In this document: piece by piece, positions 29,217 through 40,270 of the stretch | How the letters are laid out: the number at the start of each line of letters is the position of its first letter | Position numbering within the stretch: the stretch's first letter is position 1 | NCBI GenBank assembly: GCA_963847705.1 | Contig: CAWKBC010000010.1 | Coordinates: forward strand, 64,001-128,000 | DNA: 64,000 bases | Direction: 5' to 3' | Source of the DNA: an uncultured Pseudomonadota bacterium | GTDB lineage: Bacteria; Myxococcota_A; Polyangia; Fen-1088 | The notes under the pieces: generated by a model | What the model was told of the DNA's origin: nothing | The model's input: only the letters and a program-made list of their open reading frames with translations | The model's database searches: none | Translations under genes and position numbers: made by a program

Positions 29217-32200
29217 TTATTCCTCGACGGTGGGGCGCGATCCGACCAGCAAACGGAGCATGACCGGCAGGACGATGAGGCCGAGGATCGTCGACGAGAG
29301 GATCCCGCCGATGACGACCGTCGCCAGCGGGCGTTGGACCTCGGCGCCCGCGTGGGTCGAGATCGCCATCGGGATGAAACCGAGCGCCGCCACCAGCGCG
29401 GTGGTGATGACCGGACGAAAGACCGTCCCCGCGGTGGCGCGAATCTCGGTGGGGGCGTCGCCGGCCGACTGAGCGAAGCGGCGCGCCAGCTCGCCGGCCA
29501 TGACGACGCCGTTCAAGACCGCGACCCCGGCGACGGCGATGAAGCCGACCGCCGCCGGGATCGAGAAGGGCAACCCCCGGAGCGACAGCGCCAGCACCCC
29601 GCCCACCAGCGCCAGCGGGACGTTGACGAACACCGCCACGGCGTAGCGCAGCTCACCGAACATCAGGAACAGCATGGCGAAGATCACGCAGAGGGCGATG
29701 GGGGCCACGTAGCCGAGCCGCTGGCTGGCGCGGGTGAAGTTCTCGAACTGGCCGCCCCACTCCACCGTGACCCCCTCGGGCAGCGTCACCGCCTTTTCGA
29801 CCCGGGCGCGCGCCTCGGTGACGAAGCTGACCAGATCGCGCCCGCGGACGTTGACCTCGACCAGGACCCGCCGTTGCAGCGACTCGCGGTTGATGACCGC
29901 CGGCCCTTCGGTCTCGCGGATGGTGGCCACCGAGGCGAGCGGGACCAGGTGCCCGGTCGATGAGCCGACCAGCAGCTCGCCGAAGGCTTCGGGGGTGAGC
30001 GTGGCCGGCGGCAGCAGCAGCATCAGATCGAAGCGGCGCGACCCCTCGAAGATCTTCCCGGCGAAGCGGCCGACCCGCGACGCCTCGACCACCTCCAGCA
30101 CCCGATCGGCGCTCATCCCGTAGCGCGCCAGCCGCTGTCGGTCCGGCGTCACCTCGAGAAGGGGCAGGCCGAGCACCCGCTGGACCCGCCAGTCGCCCCG
30201 CCCGGGAACGTCGCGCACCACCTTACCGATCTCGTCGGCCGTCTTCTTGAGCACCACCAGATCGGGGCCGAACAGCTTGATCACCACGTCGGCGCGCGAG
30301 CCGGCCAGGAGCTGGTTCACCCGATCCTCGATCGGCTGCGACACCGAGACGAAGGTCGCCGGAACCTGGGACTCCACCTGCTGCTTGATCACCTCGCCCA
30401 GATCGTCGAGATCGTGGGCGCTGGTCCATTCGTCCCGCGGGCGCAGCTTGACCATCACCTCGGTCTCGTCGGGGCCGACCGGATCGGTCGCCACCTCCGA
30501 GCGCCCGGTGAGAGTGACGACCGATTTGACTTCCGGGATGCGGGCCAGCACGTCCTCCACCTGCACGCCCAGGCGCTGGGCCTCGGTGATGGAGATGGAG
30601 GGCAACCGTTTGACGTCGAGGGACAGCTCCCCCTCGTCGAGCCGCGGGACGAACTCCGCCCCCAGCGTGGTCGCCACCACCGCCGTCCCGATGAGCGCCG
30701 TGGCCGCCACCGCCAGCACCAGCTTGGGCCGCGGCAAGAGGCGGTCGAGCAGCTCTTCGTAGCGCAGCCGCGCCCGCCCGAACAGGCCGTCGTGCTTGCC
30801 GTGCGGCTTCACGGGGCCGAGCACCGTGGCGGCCAGCGCCGGGAAGGCGGTCAGCGAGAACAGCAGCGCACCGCCGAGCGCCAGCGCGACGGTGACCGCC
30901 ATCGGCTTGAACATCCGCCCCTCCACCCCTTCGAGGGCCATGAGCGGCAGATAGACCAGCAGGATGATGAGCAGCGAGAAGACCACCGGGCGGGCCGCCT
31001 TCCCCATCGACTGGGCCACCAGGTAGGAGACGTCCTCCCGGCTCTGGGCCCGGCGCACGGCGATCTCGAGCAGCGCCACCTCCAGCATCACGATCGCCCC
31101 GTCGACCAGCAGGCCGAAGTCGATCGCCCCCAGCGACATGAGGTTCCCGGTGATGCCGAGCTGGACCATCCCGATGAGCGCGAGCCCCATGGCCAGCGGA
31201 ATGGCCAGCGCGGCGATCAGCGCCCCGCGGAAGCTCCCCAGGGTGAAGAAGAGGACCACCGCCACCAGGAGCGCCCCCTCCGCCAGGTTCATGCCGACCG
31301 TCTTCAGCATGCGGCCGATGAACTCGGCGCGGTCGTAGTACGAGCGGATCTCCACCCCCGCCGGCAGCTCGCGCTGGATCTCGGCCAGCTTCGCCTTGAC
31401 CCCCCGCACGACGTCGCGCGAGTTGGCGCCGGTCAGCATCATCACCGTGGCTTTGACGATTTCGCCGTCGCCGTGCTTGGTCACCGCGCCGAAGCGGAGC
31501 GCCGAGCCGATGCGCACGCTGCCCAGGTTCTTGACCAGCACCGGCGTCCCGTCGGCGTCGGAGGTCACCACGGTGTTCTCGATCTCATCGAGGCTGTGGA
31601 ACTGGGCGTCGGCGCGGATGGAGAACGACTCCCCGTTCTTCTCGATGTAGCCGCCGCCCACCGCCGCGTTGTTGCGCTCGAGGATGCTCTGCACGTCCCC
31701 GAGCGACAGCCGGTAGCCGGCCAGCCGCTTGGGGTCCAGCACCACCTGGTACTGCTTGGCCTCGCCCCCCATGCCGTTGACCTCGACGACGCCGGGGACC
31801 GAACGCAGCTTGATCGACACGTCCCAGTCGAGCATCGTGCGCAGCTCCATCGGCGTGTGCTTCTTCGAGACCAGATAGAACTCGTAGATCTCGCCGAGAC
31901 CGGTGGAGACGGGGCCGAGCTCGGGGTGGCCGTAGCCGGGCGGGATGTCGGCCTCGGCGATCTTGACCCGCTCGGACACCATCTGGCGGGCCAGCCAGCC
32001 GTCGGTCCCGTCCTTGAAGATCACCGTCACCGCCGAGACCGCGGTCCGGCTGATCGAGCGGATCTCGTCCAGCCCCGGGATGCCGTTCATCGCCATCTCC
32101 ACCGGGAAGGTGAGGTACTGCTCCACCTCCAGCGGCGACAGCCCCGGTGCGCTGGTGAGGATGGCGACCTGCGTGTTGGTCACGTCGGGCACGGCATCGA

Positions 32201-32309
32201 TGGAGAGCCGCGGAATCGAGGCCAGGGCCGCCGCGAAGATGGCGCCCCAGATCGCCAGCACCACGCCGCGCCGGCGAACCGAGAGCTCGACGATGCTTGC
32301 GAGGCTCAT
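29217..32309 (-). CDS. czcA: heavy-metal efflux RND permease (CzcA/CusA family, divalent-cation type)
   Basis: IDAVPDVTNTQV, GPVSTGLGEIYEF, NLMSLGAIDFGLLVDGAIVMLE and GAEVQRPLATVVIGG. Confidence 0.9.
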   Translation of the reverse strand: MSLASIVELSVRRRGVVLAIWGAIFAAALASIPRLSIDAVPDVTNTQVAILTSAPGLSPLEVEQYLTFPVEMAMNGIPGLDEIRSISRTAVSAVTVIFKDGTDGWLARQMVSERVKIAEADIPPGYGHPELGPVSTGLGEIYEFYLVSKKHTPMELRTMLDWDVSIKLRSVPGVVEVNGMGGEAKQYQVVLDPKRLAGYRLSLGDVQSILERNNAAVGGGYIEKNGESFSIRADAQFHSLDEIENTVVTSDADGTPVLVKNLGSVRIGSALRFGAVTKHGDGEIVKATVMMLTGANSRDVVRGVKAKLAEIQRELPAGVEIRSYYDRAEFIGRMLKTVGMNLAEGALLVAVVLFFTLGSFRGALIAALAIPLAMGLALIGMVQLGITGNLMSLGAIDFGLLVDGAIVMLEVALLEIAVRRAQSREDVSYLVAQSMGKAARPVVFSLLIILLVYLPLMALEGVEGRMFKPMAVTVALALGGALLFSLTAFPALAATVLGPVKPHGKHDGLFGRARLRYEELLDRLLPRPKLVLAVAATALIGTAVVATTLGAEFVPRLDEGELSLDVKRLPSISITEAQRLGVQVEDVLARIPEVKSVVTLTGRSEVATDPVGPDETEVMVKLRPRDEWTSAHDLDDLGEVIKQQVESQVPATFVSVSQPIEDRVNQLLAGSRADVVIKLFGPDLVVLKKTADEIGKVVRDVPGRGDWRVQRVLGLPLLEVTPDRQRLARYGMSADRVLEVVEASRVGRFAGKIFEGSRRFDLMLLLPPATLTPEAFGELLVGSSTGHLVPLASVATIRETEGPAVINRESLQRRVLVEVNVRGRDLVSFVTEARARVEKAVTLPEGVTVEWGGQFENFTRASQRLGYVAPIALCVIFAMLFLMFGELRYAVAVFVNVPLALVGGVLALSLRGLPFSIPAAVGFIAVAGVAVLNGVVMAGELARRFAQSAGDAPTEIRATAGTVFRPVITTALVAALGFIPMAISTHAGAEVQRPLATVVIGGILSSTILGLIVLPVMLRLLVGSRPTVEE

Positions 32310-33475
32310 CGGAGCAGCTCGCTCTTCAGGAGAAAGGCCCCTTCGACCGCCACCCGCTCGCCGAGCGCCAGCCCCTGCCGGATCTCGATCCGGGCGCCCC
32401 CGGAAGCGCCGGTCAGCACGTTCCTGCGCTCGAAGCCCTCCCCCGTCTGCACGAACACCACCGTCTTGCCTTCGATCTGCTCGACGGCGCTGCGCGGGAC
32501 GGCCACCACCTCGGCCGTGTCGCGCCGGTCGTCGGCGACGATCCGGGCCGTCACCAGCTGCCCGGCCTCGAGCATCCCCTTCGGGTTGGCGAGCTCCAGC
32601 CGGACCTTGGCGGTGCGGGTGGCCTGATCGATCTCCGGGACGATGAAGGCGACCTTGCCGCGGAAGGATTCTCCCGGCCGCGACTCGGTCCAGAGCTCCA
32701 CCTCTTGCCCGACGTGAACGCGAAAGAGATCCTTCTCGTACAGATCGAGCGTCACCCAGACGCGGGAGGTGTCGGCGAGCTTGAAGGCGTCGGTGGCGCG
32801 CTCGACCGCCTGCCCCAGAGTCACCTTGCGCTCGATGACCGTGCCGCCGATCGGCGCGCGGATGGGCACCCGCCCGGCCACATCGCCACGATCGACGTCC
32901 TCGATGTCGGCGGCTGACAGACCGATGGCGCGCAGCCGCATCGTCGCGGCGCGCACCCCCGCTTGCTCGGTCACCCACTGCGCGTGGGCCAGCTCGCGCT
33001 CGCGCTCCGAGGAGATCCGCTTGTCCGCCAGCTCGCTCTCACGGTGGAGGTTGGCGTCCGCCGCGGAGTAGCGGGCCTTGGCGGCGACCAGATCGGCGCG
33101 CGCCTGCCCGACCTCGGCGCTCTCGATCTCGGCCAGGATCTCGCCACGGTGGATCTGATCGCCCACCCCCGCCGCCAGGCGCGAGACGCGCCCGGCCACC
33201 AGCGGGCCGACCACCGCGTAGTGGTCTTCATGAAACGCCACCGTGCCGACCACCTGGAGGTCGCCCGCGATGCGGGCCAGCTCGGCGGTCGCGATCTTGA
33301 CCGGGTTCTTCTGGCGAGATTGCGACGTGAGCTCCAGGGGCCGCACGGACGTCACCGGGGTCTCGGCCACCGCCGCGCCGGCCTGGGTGCTCGAGCGGCC
33401 GCGCCCGACGAGGAGCCCGATCAGCAGACACCCCCCGCCGACCACACCGACGAGGATCTTCGTTTGCGCCGTCAT
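32306..33475 (-). CDS. czcB: RND efflux periplasmic adaptor (CzcB family)
   Basis: N-terminal anchor, IRAPIGGTVIER, VWVTLDLYEKDL, IDQATRTAKVR and C-terminal GAFLLKSE. Confidence 0.88.
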   Translation of the reverse strand: MTAQTKILVGVVGGGCLLIGLLVGRGRSSTQAGAAVAETPVTSVRPLELTSQSRQKNPVKIATAELARIAGDLQVVGTVAFHEDHYAVVGPLVAGRVSRLAAGVGDQIHRGEILAEIESAEVGQARADLVAAKARYSAADANLHRESELADKRISSERERELAHAQWVTEQAGVRAATMRLRAIGLSAADIEDVDRGDVAGRVPIRAPIGGTVIERKVTLGQAVERATDAFKLADTSRVWVTLDLYEKDLFRVHVGQEVELWTESRPGESFRGKVAFIVPEIDQATRTAKVRLELANPKGMLEAGQLVTARIVADDRRDTAEVVAVPRSAVEQIEGKTVVFVQTGEGFERRNVLTGASGGARIEIRQGLALGERVAVEGAFLLKSELLR

Positions 33476-34743
33476 TCTGCACCCACCGCGCGGTCGAGGT
33501 TGATGGTGGCGTCCCACAGAAGCCCCAGCGTTTCGAGATAGAGCCGCCGCGCCTCGCTGGCGTCACGCGAGGTCTGGAGCAGCCGGAACAGATCGAACTT
33601 CCCGGCGCGCCACCCTTCGGTCATCAGGGTCACCGCCCTCTCCGCCGCCGGGAGCACCTCCCGGTCGAGCAGGTCGGCCATCTGCCGTTGCGCGCTCTCG
33701 GCGTTGAAGGCGCGCTCCACCTCCAGGGCCACGTCGCGCCCGGCCAGCGCCAGCTCCTCGTCCAGGCGAGAGCGCTCGGCCCGTGCCACCGCCAGCTCCC
33801 CCTGCTGGCGGCGCCACACCGGGATCGGCACCGCCAGCCCAGCCCCCAGGTACACCTGCCCCGGCAGATCGCGCTCGAGGTCGACGAACAGCGTGGGGCT
33901 GGGGATCGCCTCCTTCCGCAAGCGGACAATCTCAGCGTCGATCTCCTCCTGACTCGAGCCGATGACCGCCAGCTCGGCCCGATGGCTCTCCGCCCGCCCG
34001 ATCAGCGCCTGCAGATCGGCCGCCCGCGCGGTTGGCGCGATGACGGCCGCGTCGAGCGTGAGGGGTTGCGCCGCCGGCAGTCCGATCAACAGCCGCAAGC
34101 GGGCCAGAGTGTCGGTGGCCGCCAGCGCCGCGTCGGCCCGCGCCCGCCGCGCGATCCCCCGCTCGAGACGGGCCAGCTCCAGGTCGACGTCGGACGAGGC
34201 CCCGCCCTGCACCCGGTTCTGAACCGCGTCGAGCAGCTTGGCCACCAGCGCCTCGCGGGCCCCTTCCATGTCCACCCGCGCCCGCGCCAGCTGCGCCCCC
34301 ACGTAGGCGGCATGAACCCGCGCCACGGTCTCGGCGCGCGCCACCTGCTCGCGCAGCTCGGCGGTGCGCAGCGCACGGCCCACCACCGCCCGTCGTGCCG
34401 AGCGCTGGCCGCCGATCTCGATCGTCTGCTCGGCGTGCAACAGATACTCGATCCCGTCCCCGTTGGGATCGCGCCGCGGACCCGCCGCGCCCGAGACCAC
34501 CGGGTTGCTGGGGAGCAGAAGCGAGGCGCCGATCTCGCGCGCCGCGACCGCCTGGCGCTCGGCGCGCGCGCGGCGAAGCAGCGGGCTGGCCTCCTCCGCG
34601 CGGGCGAGCGCCTCCGCCAGGGTCAGCGCCTCGCCGACTCTCGCCTGCGTTTCCGGGACGGGAGGCGCCGCCGCGACGGGCCGTGCCGCCGCCAGCAAGA
34701 ACGAACACGTGACGAATCCAAAGCTCTTCCTTAGCAAACGCAT
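33472..34743 (-). CDS. czcC: TolC-family outer-membrane efflux protein (CzcC-like)
   Basis: LTLAEALARA, EQTIEIGGQRSAR, LAVPIPVWRRQQG and GKFDLFRLL. ATGA coupling to czcB. Confidence 0.85.
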   Translation of the reverse strand: MRLLRKSFGFVTCSFLLAAARPVAAAPPVPETQARVGEALTLAEALARAEEASPLLRRARAERQAVAAREIGASLLLPSNPVVSGAAGPRRDPNGDGIEYLLHAEQTIEIGGQRSARRAVVGRALRTAELREQVARAETVARVHAAYVGAQLARARVDMEGAREALVAKLLDAVQNRVQGGASSDVDLELARLERGIARRARADAALAATDTLARLRLLIGLPAAQPLTLDAAVIAPTARAADLQALIGRAESHRAELAVIGSSQEEIDAEIVRLRKEAIPSPTLFVDLERDLPGQVYLGAGLAVPIPVWRRQQGELAVARAERSRLDEELALAGRDVALEVERAFNAESAQRQMADLLDREVLPAAERAVTLMTEGWRAGKFDLFRLLQTSRDASEARRLYLETLGLLWDATINLDRAVGAE

Positions 34744-34864
34744 GAACCTGTCTCCTCGCTGAGATTGCGGACGGCGGCCGCGCGGACCTGCGCGCACACA
34801 ACCGCCACCAAGCGCGCACCCATCGCAGCAGCGACGGACGGCGCGGGATGAACTCGACCAGGGA

Positions 34865-35131
34865 CTAGACGCGGACGCGGGGCGGCCGGAAGACTTCGGC
34901 CGTGGTCAGACGCGAGGGGGGCGGCCGGTGATCGAAGAACACCGACCCACTGAGTGAGGGCAGATGCAGCGGCTCGGGCTGAGCCGCCGGCAGGACGATG
35001 GAGAGGTCGAGCGCCGACGGAGCGTCGTCATTGCCGTCGTCTCCGGAAAAGCCGGAACCGAGAGGATCGATGTTCAGGCAGGCCAGCAGCAGCGCGACAG
35101 CCGCGCAGGCGACGAGCAGCCTTGTGATCAT
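34865..35131 (-). CDS. small leader protein upstream of czcC (signal-like N-terminus, C-terminal FRPPR)
   Basis: MITRLLVACAAVALLLACLNIDPL...TTAEVFRPPRVRV (88 aa), in the position typical of czcI/DUF2946-type leader ORFs. Confidence 0.55.
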   Translation of the reverse strand: MITRLLVACAAVALLLACLNIDPLGSGFSGDDGNDDAPSALDLSIVLPAAQPEPLHLPSLSGSVFFDHRPPPSRLTTAEVFRPPRVRV

Positions 35132-35238
35132 CCTCACACACGGACAGTAGCACAGGCGGTTTTGGGTCGACGAGCTTCGCGAAGGAAATTGCGCCAGATC
35201 GGGGGCTGCGGTCGAATCGCTGCTCGAGCCGACAGGCC

Positions 35239-38200
35239 TCACACATCCGGGCGCAGCCCCAGGAGCGTCTGCCCGGCGCGCACCAAGGCGCCGCGGGCGC
35301 AGCAGATCGTCGTGACGGTCCCCGCGACCTGCGCCACCACCGGCGTCTCCATCTTCATGGTCTCGAGGACAATCAGGCGCTCCCCGGCGGCGACGTGCGC
35401 GCCCGGCGCGACGGCGATCTCCCAGACGCTGCCGGTGATCGCCGCGCGGACGGCGACGGCGTCGGCCGGCAGCGCCTCGCCCTCCCCCGCGTTGTCAGCC
35501 GGGGGATCGGGCTCCTCGGGCGGCGGCGGCAGCAGGGCCCAGCGGGCGCGTTCCTCGGCGAAGGCCGCCCGCTGTCTGAGGCGAAACGCCTCGATCGACG
35601 CCCGGTTCTGCTCGAGAAACGCCCGGTAGTCGGCAAAGCGAAAGGTGGTCTCCTCGATCTGGAGGCCGACGTTGCCGCGCGGGAAGGCGGCGCGGAACGC
35701 CAGCAGCTCGCGCTCGCCGATCGGGGTGAAGCGGATCTGATCGAAGAAGCGCAAGAGCCAGCGGTTCTTGCCCGGAAACGCCGCCGTCTCGTGGAAGCGG
35801 TTCCACATCTGGCAGGTGCGCCCCACGAACTGGTAACCGCCCGGACCCTCCATGCCGTAGACGCAGAGATAGGCGCCGCCAATTCCCACCGCGTTCTCGG
35901 GCGTCCAGGTGCGGGCGGGGTTGTACTTGGTCGTCACCAGCCGGTGGCGCGGATCGAGCGGCGTCGCCACCGGCGCGCCGAGGTAGACGTCGCCGAGACC
36001 GAGGACCAGGTAGCTCGCCTCGTGAACGATGCGACGGACGTCCTCGATGCTGTCGAGGCCGTTGATGCGGCGGATGAACTCGATGTTGCTGGGACACCAG
36101 GGGGCGTCGGGGCGCACCGACTGGGTGTACTTGCGAATGGCCAGCTGGGTGGCGGGATCGTCCCACGACAGCGGGAGATGAACGATCCGCGAGGCGACCT
36201 CGATCTCGTCGGTGGCCGGGAGCGCGCCTTCGACCTCCTCGAGGAGCGCCAGGAGCCGCTCGCGCGGCAGCCGGCGGTCGTCGTAGTGGATCTGCAGCGA
36301 GCGGATGCCGGGGGTGAGATCGACGACCCCGGCGAGCTGACCTGCAAGCTGCCGCGCCACCAGCGCCTCCTGCAGCGCGTGGACCCGGAAGCGCAGCGCG
36401 AGGTCGAGCACCGGCGGGCCGTACTCGATCAAGAGGTTGGCGTCGCCGTCCTGGCGAATCACCACCGCGGGGCGATCGTCCCGGGCGGCGGCGCTCGACA
36501 AGACCGGCGAGCCGGGAGCTGACGGCGGCGCGCGCTTGGCCGGCGGAGCGGGCGGCGCCGGTGACGGCCGCGAGAGCGTTTCGAGCGCCTGCGCTTGCGC
36601 GCGCGACCGCTGGCGCGCTTCGTCCAGGGAGACCGGGACGAAGCGGACCACGTCGCCCGCCTTGAGCTGGCCCATCTTCCAGAGCTCGGCCTCGATGATG
36701 GTGGCCGGACAGACGAAGCCGCCCAGGCTGGGTCCGTCCGGGCCGAGCAGGATCGGCATGTCGCCGGTGAAGTCGATGGTGCCGATCGCGTAGGCGTTGT
36801 CGTGAATGTTCGACGGGTGCAGCCCGGCCTCGCCACCGTCGGTGCGCGCCCAGCGTGGCTTGGGCCCGATGAGCCGAACGCCCGTCCGGCTCGAGTTGTG
36901 GTGAACGCGCCAGCCGGTGGCGTAGAGCGCGGCGATGTCCTCGTCGGCGAAGAAATCGGGCGCCGCGTGCGGACCCGGCATGACCGCAATCTCCCAGGTC
37001 TCGGTCAGGGCGGGGATGAGCGCGGGCGGCAAGGGAGCCGCCGACGGGGCCGCGGCGGGTGACTCGCCGGGGCGCAGCACGTCGCCCGGCTGCAGCGCGC
37101 GGCCGCCGTGGCCGCCGAAGAGGCCCAGCGTGAAGGTGGCGCGGCTGCCGAGATAGGCCGGCACGTCGAAGCCGCCGCGAATCGCCAGGCTGGCCCGGCT
37201 GCCGGGGCCGCGCACCGGCCCCATCCGGAGCAGCGCGCCGGCCGGAACCTCGACCGCCCGAAATCGCTCCACCGGCGCGCCGTCGAGGGTGGCCTCCATG
37301 TCGGCGCCGGTCAGCGCCACGACGGCCGCGGTGTGAAAGCGGAGCGTCGGTCCGACGGCCGTGCACTCGAGCGCGGCCGCCCCTTCGGGGTTCCCCACCA
37401 GCCGGTTGGCCAGACGAAACGACAGCGCGTCCATCGGCCCCGACGGCGGGACGCCGACGTGCCACAAGCCGAGACGCCCCGGCCAGTCCTGCACCGTGGT
37501 CTGCGCGCCCCCCTCGACGACCTCGATGGCAGCGGGCCGGTAGTCAACGAACGCCAGCAGGCCAGTGTAGACCTCGCCGGCGATGAACGCGGGAAGCTCG
37601 AGCGCGTCGATCAGATAGGCGCGGTTGGTCTCGACCCCCGCGAGGCGACAGCGTCCCAGCGCCTCGACCAGCCGGGCCCGCGCCTCCGCGCGCGTGGCGC
37701 CACGCGCGATCACCTTCGCCAGCAGCGGATCGTAGTAGGGCGTCACCTCGCTGCCGGTGTCGACGCCGGTCTCCACGCGCAGCCATTCGGCCTTCGGAAA
37801 GGCCACCTCGGTCAGCACGCCGACGCTGGGCTGAAACCCGCGCGCCGGATCCTCGGCGTAGATCCGCGCCTGGATGGCCGCGCCCAGCGGCGCGGGCGCC
37901 ACGCTCAGCGGGAGCGGCTCGCCCGCCGCCACCCGCACCATCCACTCGATGAGGTCGAGCCCGGTGACCTCCTCGGTGACGCCGTGCTCGACCTGGATGC
38001 GGGTGTTCACCTCCAGGAAGTAGAAGCGCTGGTCGCGCGGATCGAGCACGAACTCCACCGTGCCCGCCGAGCGATAGCGCGCGGCCGCGCCCAGGCGGAC
38101 GGCCGCCTCGTCGAGGCCGGCCCGCGTCTCGGCGGAGAGCCCCGGCGGCGGCGTCTCCTCGACGACCTTCTGGTTGCGGCGCTGGAGGGAACAGTCGCGC

Positions 38201-38875
38201 TGACCGAGCGCCAGCACGCGGCCGGCCCCGTCACCGAAGATCTGCACCTCCACGTGGCGGGCTGGATCGACCAGCTTCTCGAGGTAGACGCCCTTGTCCT
38301 TGAAGTGCGCGCCGGCCAGCCGCGCCACCGAATCAAAAGCCGCGGTGAGCTCGTCGGCGCCGGCACAGCGGCGCATCCCGATGCCGCCGCCGCCGGCCGT
38401 GCTCTTGAGCATCACCGGAAACCCGATCTGGCTGGCCGCCGCCTGCGCCTCCGCGAGATCGGCGAGGAGGCCCGTCCCCGGCAGGAGCGGCAAGCGGGCC
38501 TCGGTCGCCAGCGCCCGCGCGGTGTGCTTGAGCCCGAAGGCGCGCATCTGCTCCGAGGTGGGGCCGATGAAGACGATCCCGGAGCGCTCGCAGCGCGCCG
38601 CCAGCTCGGGGTTCTCGGCCAGAAAGCCGTAGCCGGGGTGGATCGCCTCGGCGCCGGTGCGCGCCACGGCCTCGAAGATCCGATCGGCGTCGAGGTAGCT
38701 CTCCGCGGGCGCCGCGCCGCCGATCTCCACCGCCTCGTCGGCGGCGGCCACGAACAGCGCGCCCGCGTCGGCGGTCGGAGTGCACCGCCACCGAGCCGAC
38801 GCCCAGGCGGCGAAGAGTGCGGAAGATGCGCAGCGCGATCGCGCCTCGGTTCGCGACCAGGACCTTCTTGAACAT
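35239..38875 (-). CDS. uca: urea carboxylase-family enzyme, predicted guanidine carboxylase (one +1 frameshift near 38775)
   Basis: N-terminus MFKKVLVANRG joins the 35239..38751 frame. Biotin carboxylase motifs (HPGYGFLAEN, EVNTRIQVEH), carboxyltransferase motifs (HPSNIHDNAYAIGTIDFTGD, VTTKYNPARTWT) and biotinyl motif ETMKME. Confidence 0.88.
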
Positions 38876-38878
38876 CCG

Positions 38879-39530
38879 CTAGCCGGCCCTCCAGACCAGC
38901 AGCCGCACCGGCGTCGGATCGTAGCCGTTGCAGGGATTGTTCAGCTGCGGACAGTTCGAGATCAGCACCAGCACGTGCGTCTCGGCCCGCATCTCGACGT
39001 AGCGGCCCGGCCCGGAGACGCCGTCCTCGAAGGTGAGCGCGCCCGCCGGCGTGACCGGCACGTTCATGAAGAAGTTGATGTTGCTGGGAAGGTCGCGCTT
39101 GGTCATCCCGCGCCCGGCGCGCGCCAGCGCCAGCAGGAAGCTGTCGCGGCAGTTGTGCATGTACTTCTTCTCCAGCGCGTAGCGCACCTGATTGCTCTCG
39201 GCCGAGCAGGCGCCCCCCAGCGTGTCGTGACGGCCGCAGGTGTCGGCGACGATGGTCAAGAGCGAGCGCCCCTCGCTCGACATGAGCCGCGTCCCGGTGG
39301 TGAGGTAAATGTGGGTCTGGGCGCGGATCGTCTCGGTCGCGCTGTAGCGCTCGTCGAGGTCGCGGCTGTTGAAGAACAGCGTGTCGACCGCCTGGTTCCC
39401 CTCCAGATCGACGATGCGGAAGAGGTCGCCCGCGACCGATCTCCTGCGTCCACCCCTCGCCGGCCGGCAGCGTGACGTCGACAGCGGCTGTCGCCGGATC
39501 GCGAGCGCTCTCCACCAGGCGGGCGCTCAC
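38879..39530 (-). CDS. cgdB: carboxyguanidine deiminase subunit B (UAAP2, DUF1989), +1 frameshift near 39432
   Basis: [39 protein letters not shown] and [15 protein letters not shown] start overlaps the cgdA stop. Confidence 0.85.
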
Positions 39531-40270
39531 GCGGTCACCTCCCCCATCTCTTTCAGGTAGGCGGCGGTCAGCGCGAAGCCGCGGCCATTCTCCGGGCGCG
39601 AGAGACGGCAGGGGTCGTCGGCGGCGGCCGCCGGTCCGTCGCTGATCACCAGCTCGACCGGGGGCGGACCGTAGCTGTTCGCGGGATCGAGCGGGTGCGG
39701 CGTGTTCGACAGGACCACCAGCGTCTCCATCTCGAACCGCAGCTCGACGGCGGCGCCCGGGCCGCGAGTTGCCCGCCACCCAGCCGAGCCCGCCGGCCTC
39801 GTCGACGCCGACCCGGACGAAGAAGTTCACGTTGGCCACCACGTCGCGCTTGCCGAGGCCGTGCTTGCCCAGCTCGACGAGCAGGTTGTCGCGGGCGTTG
39901 CGGTGCCACTCGTTGCGCAGCATCCTGGTAGCGACCCGGCGCCGAAGCGGGCCGCGTTGGCCGCCGCGTCCCGCAGCCCCGAGATGGTGTCGTGCCAGCC
40001 GCAATCGTCGGCGACGATCGAAGCGAGCACCCGGCCCATGTCCGAATAGAGCACCCGGCCAGTGGTGAGAAAGGCGGTGTACTGCGCCTTCAGCGTGTCG
40101 GCCATGTTGTAGCGCTCGAGCGGATCGTCCGCGTTGTAGAACAGCGCCGACACGCAGGCGCGCCCCTCGGCGTCCACCAGGCGCAGCCGCTGGTTCCGGC
40201 GCAGCCGGCCCGACCAGGCCTGACCGCCCCGCAAGCCGACTTCCGTTTTCGTCACCGGCCCGGGCGTCAT
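39527..40270 (-). CDS. cgdA: carboxyguanidine deiminase subunit A (UAAP1, DUF1989), frameshifts near 39930 and 39758
   Basis: ERYNMADTLKAQ, LYSDMGRVL, GWHDT, ELGKHGLGKRDVVANVNFF and NTPHPLDP, recovered across three frame segments. Confidence 0.83.
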
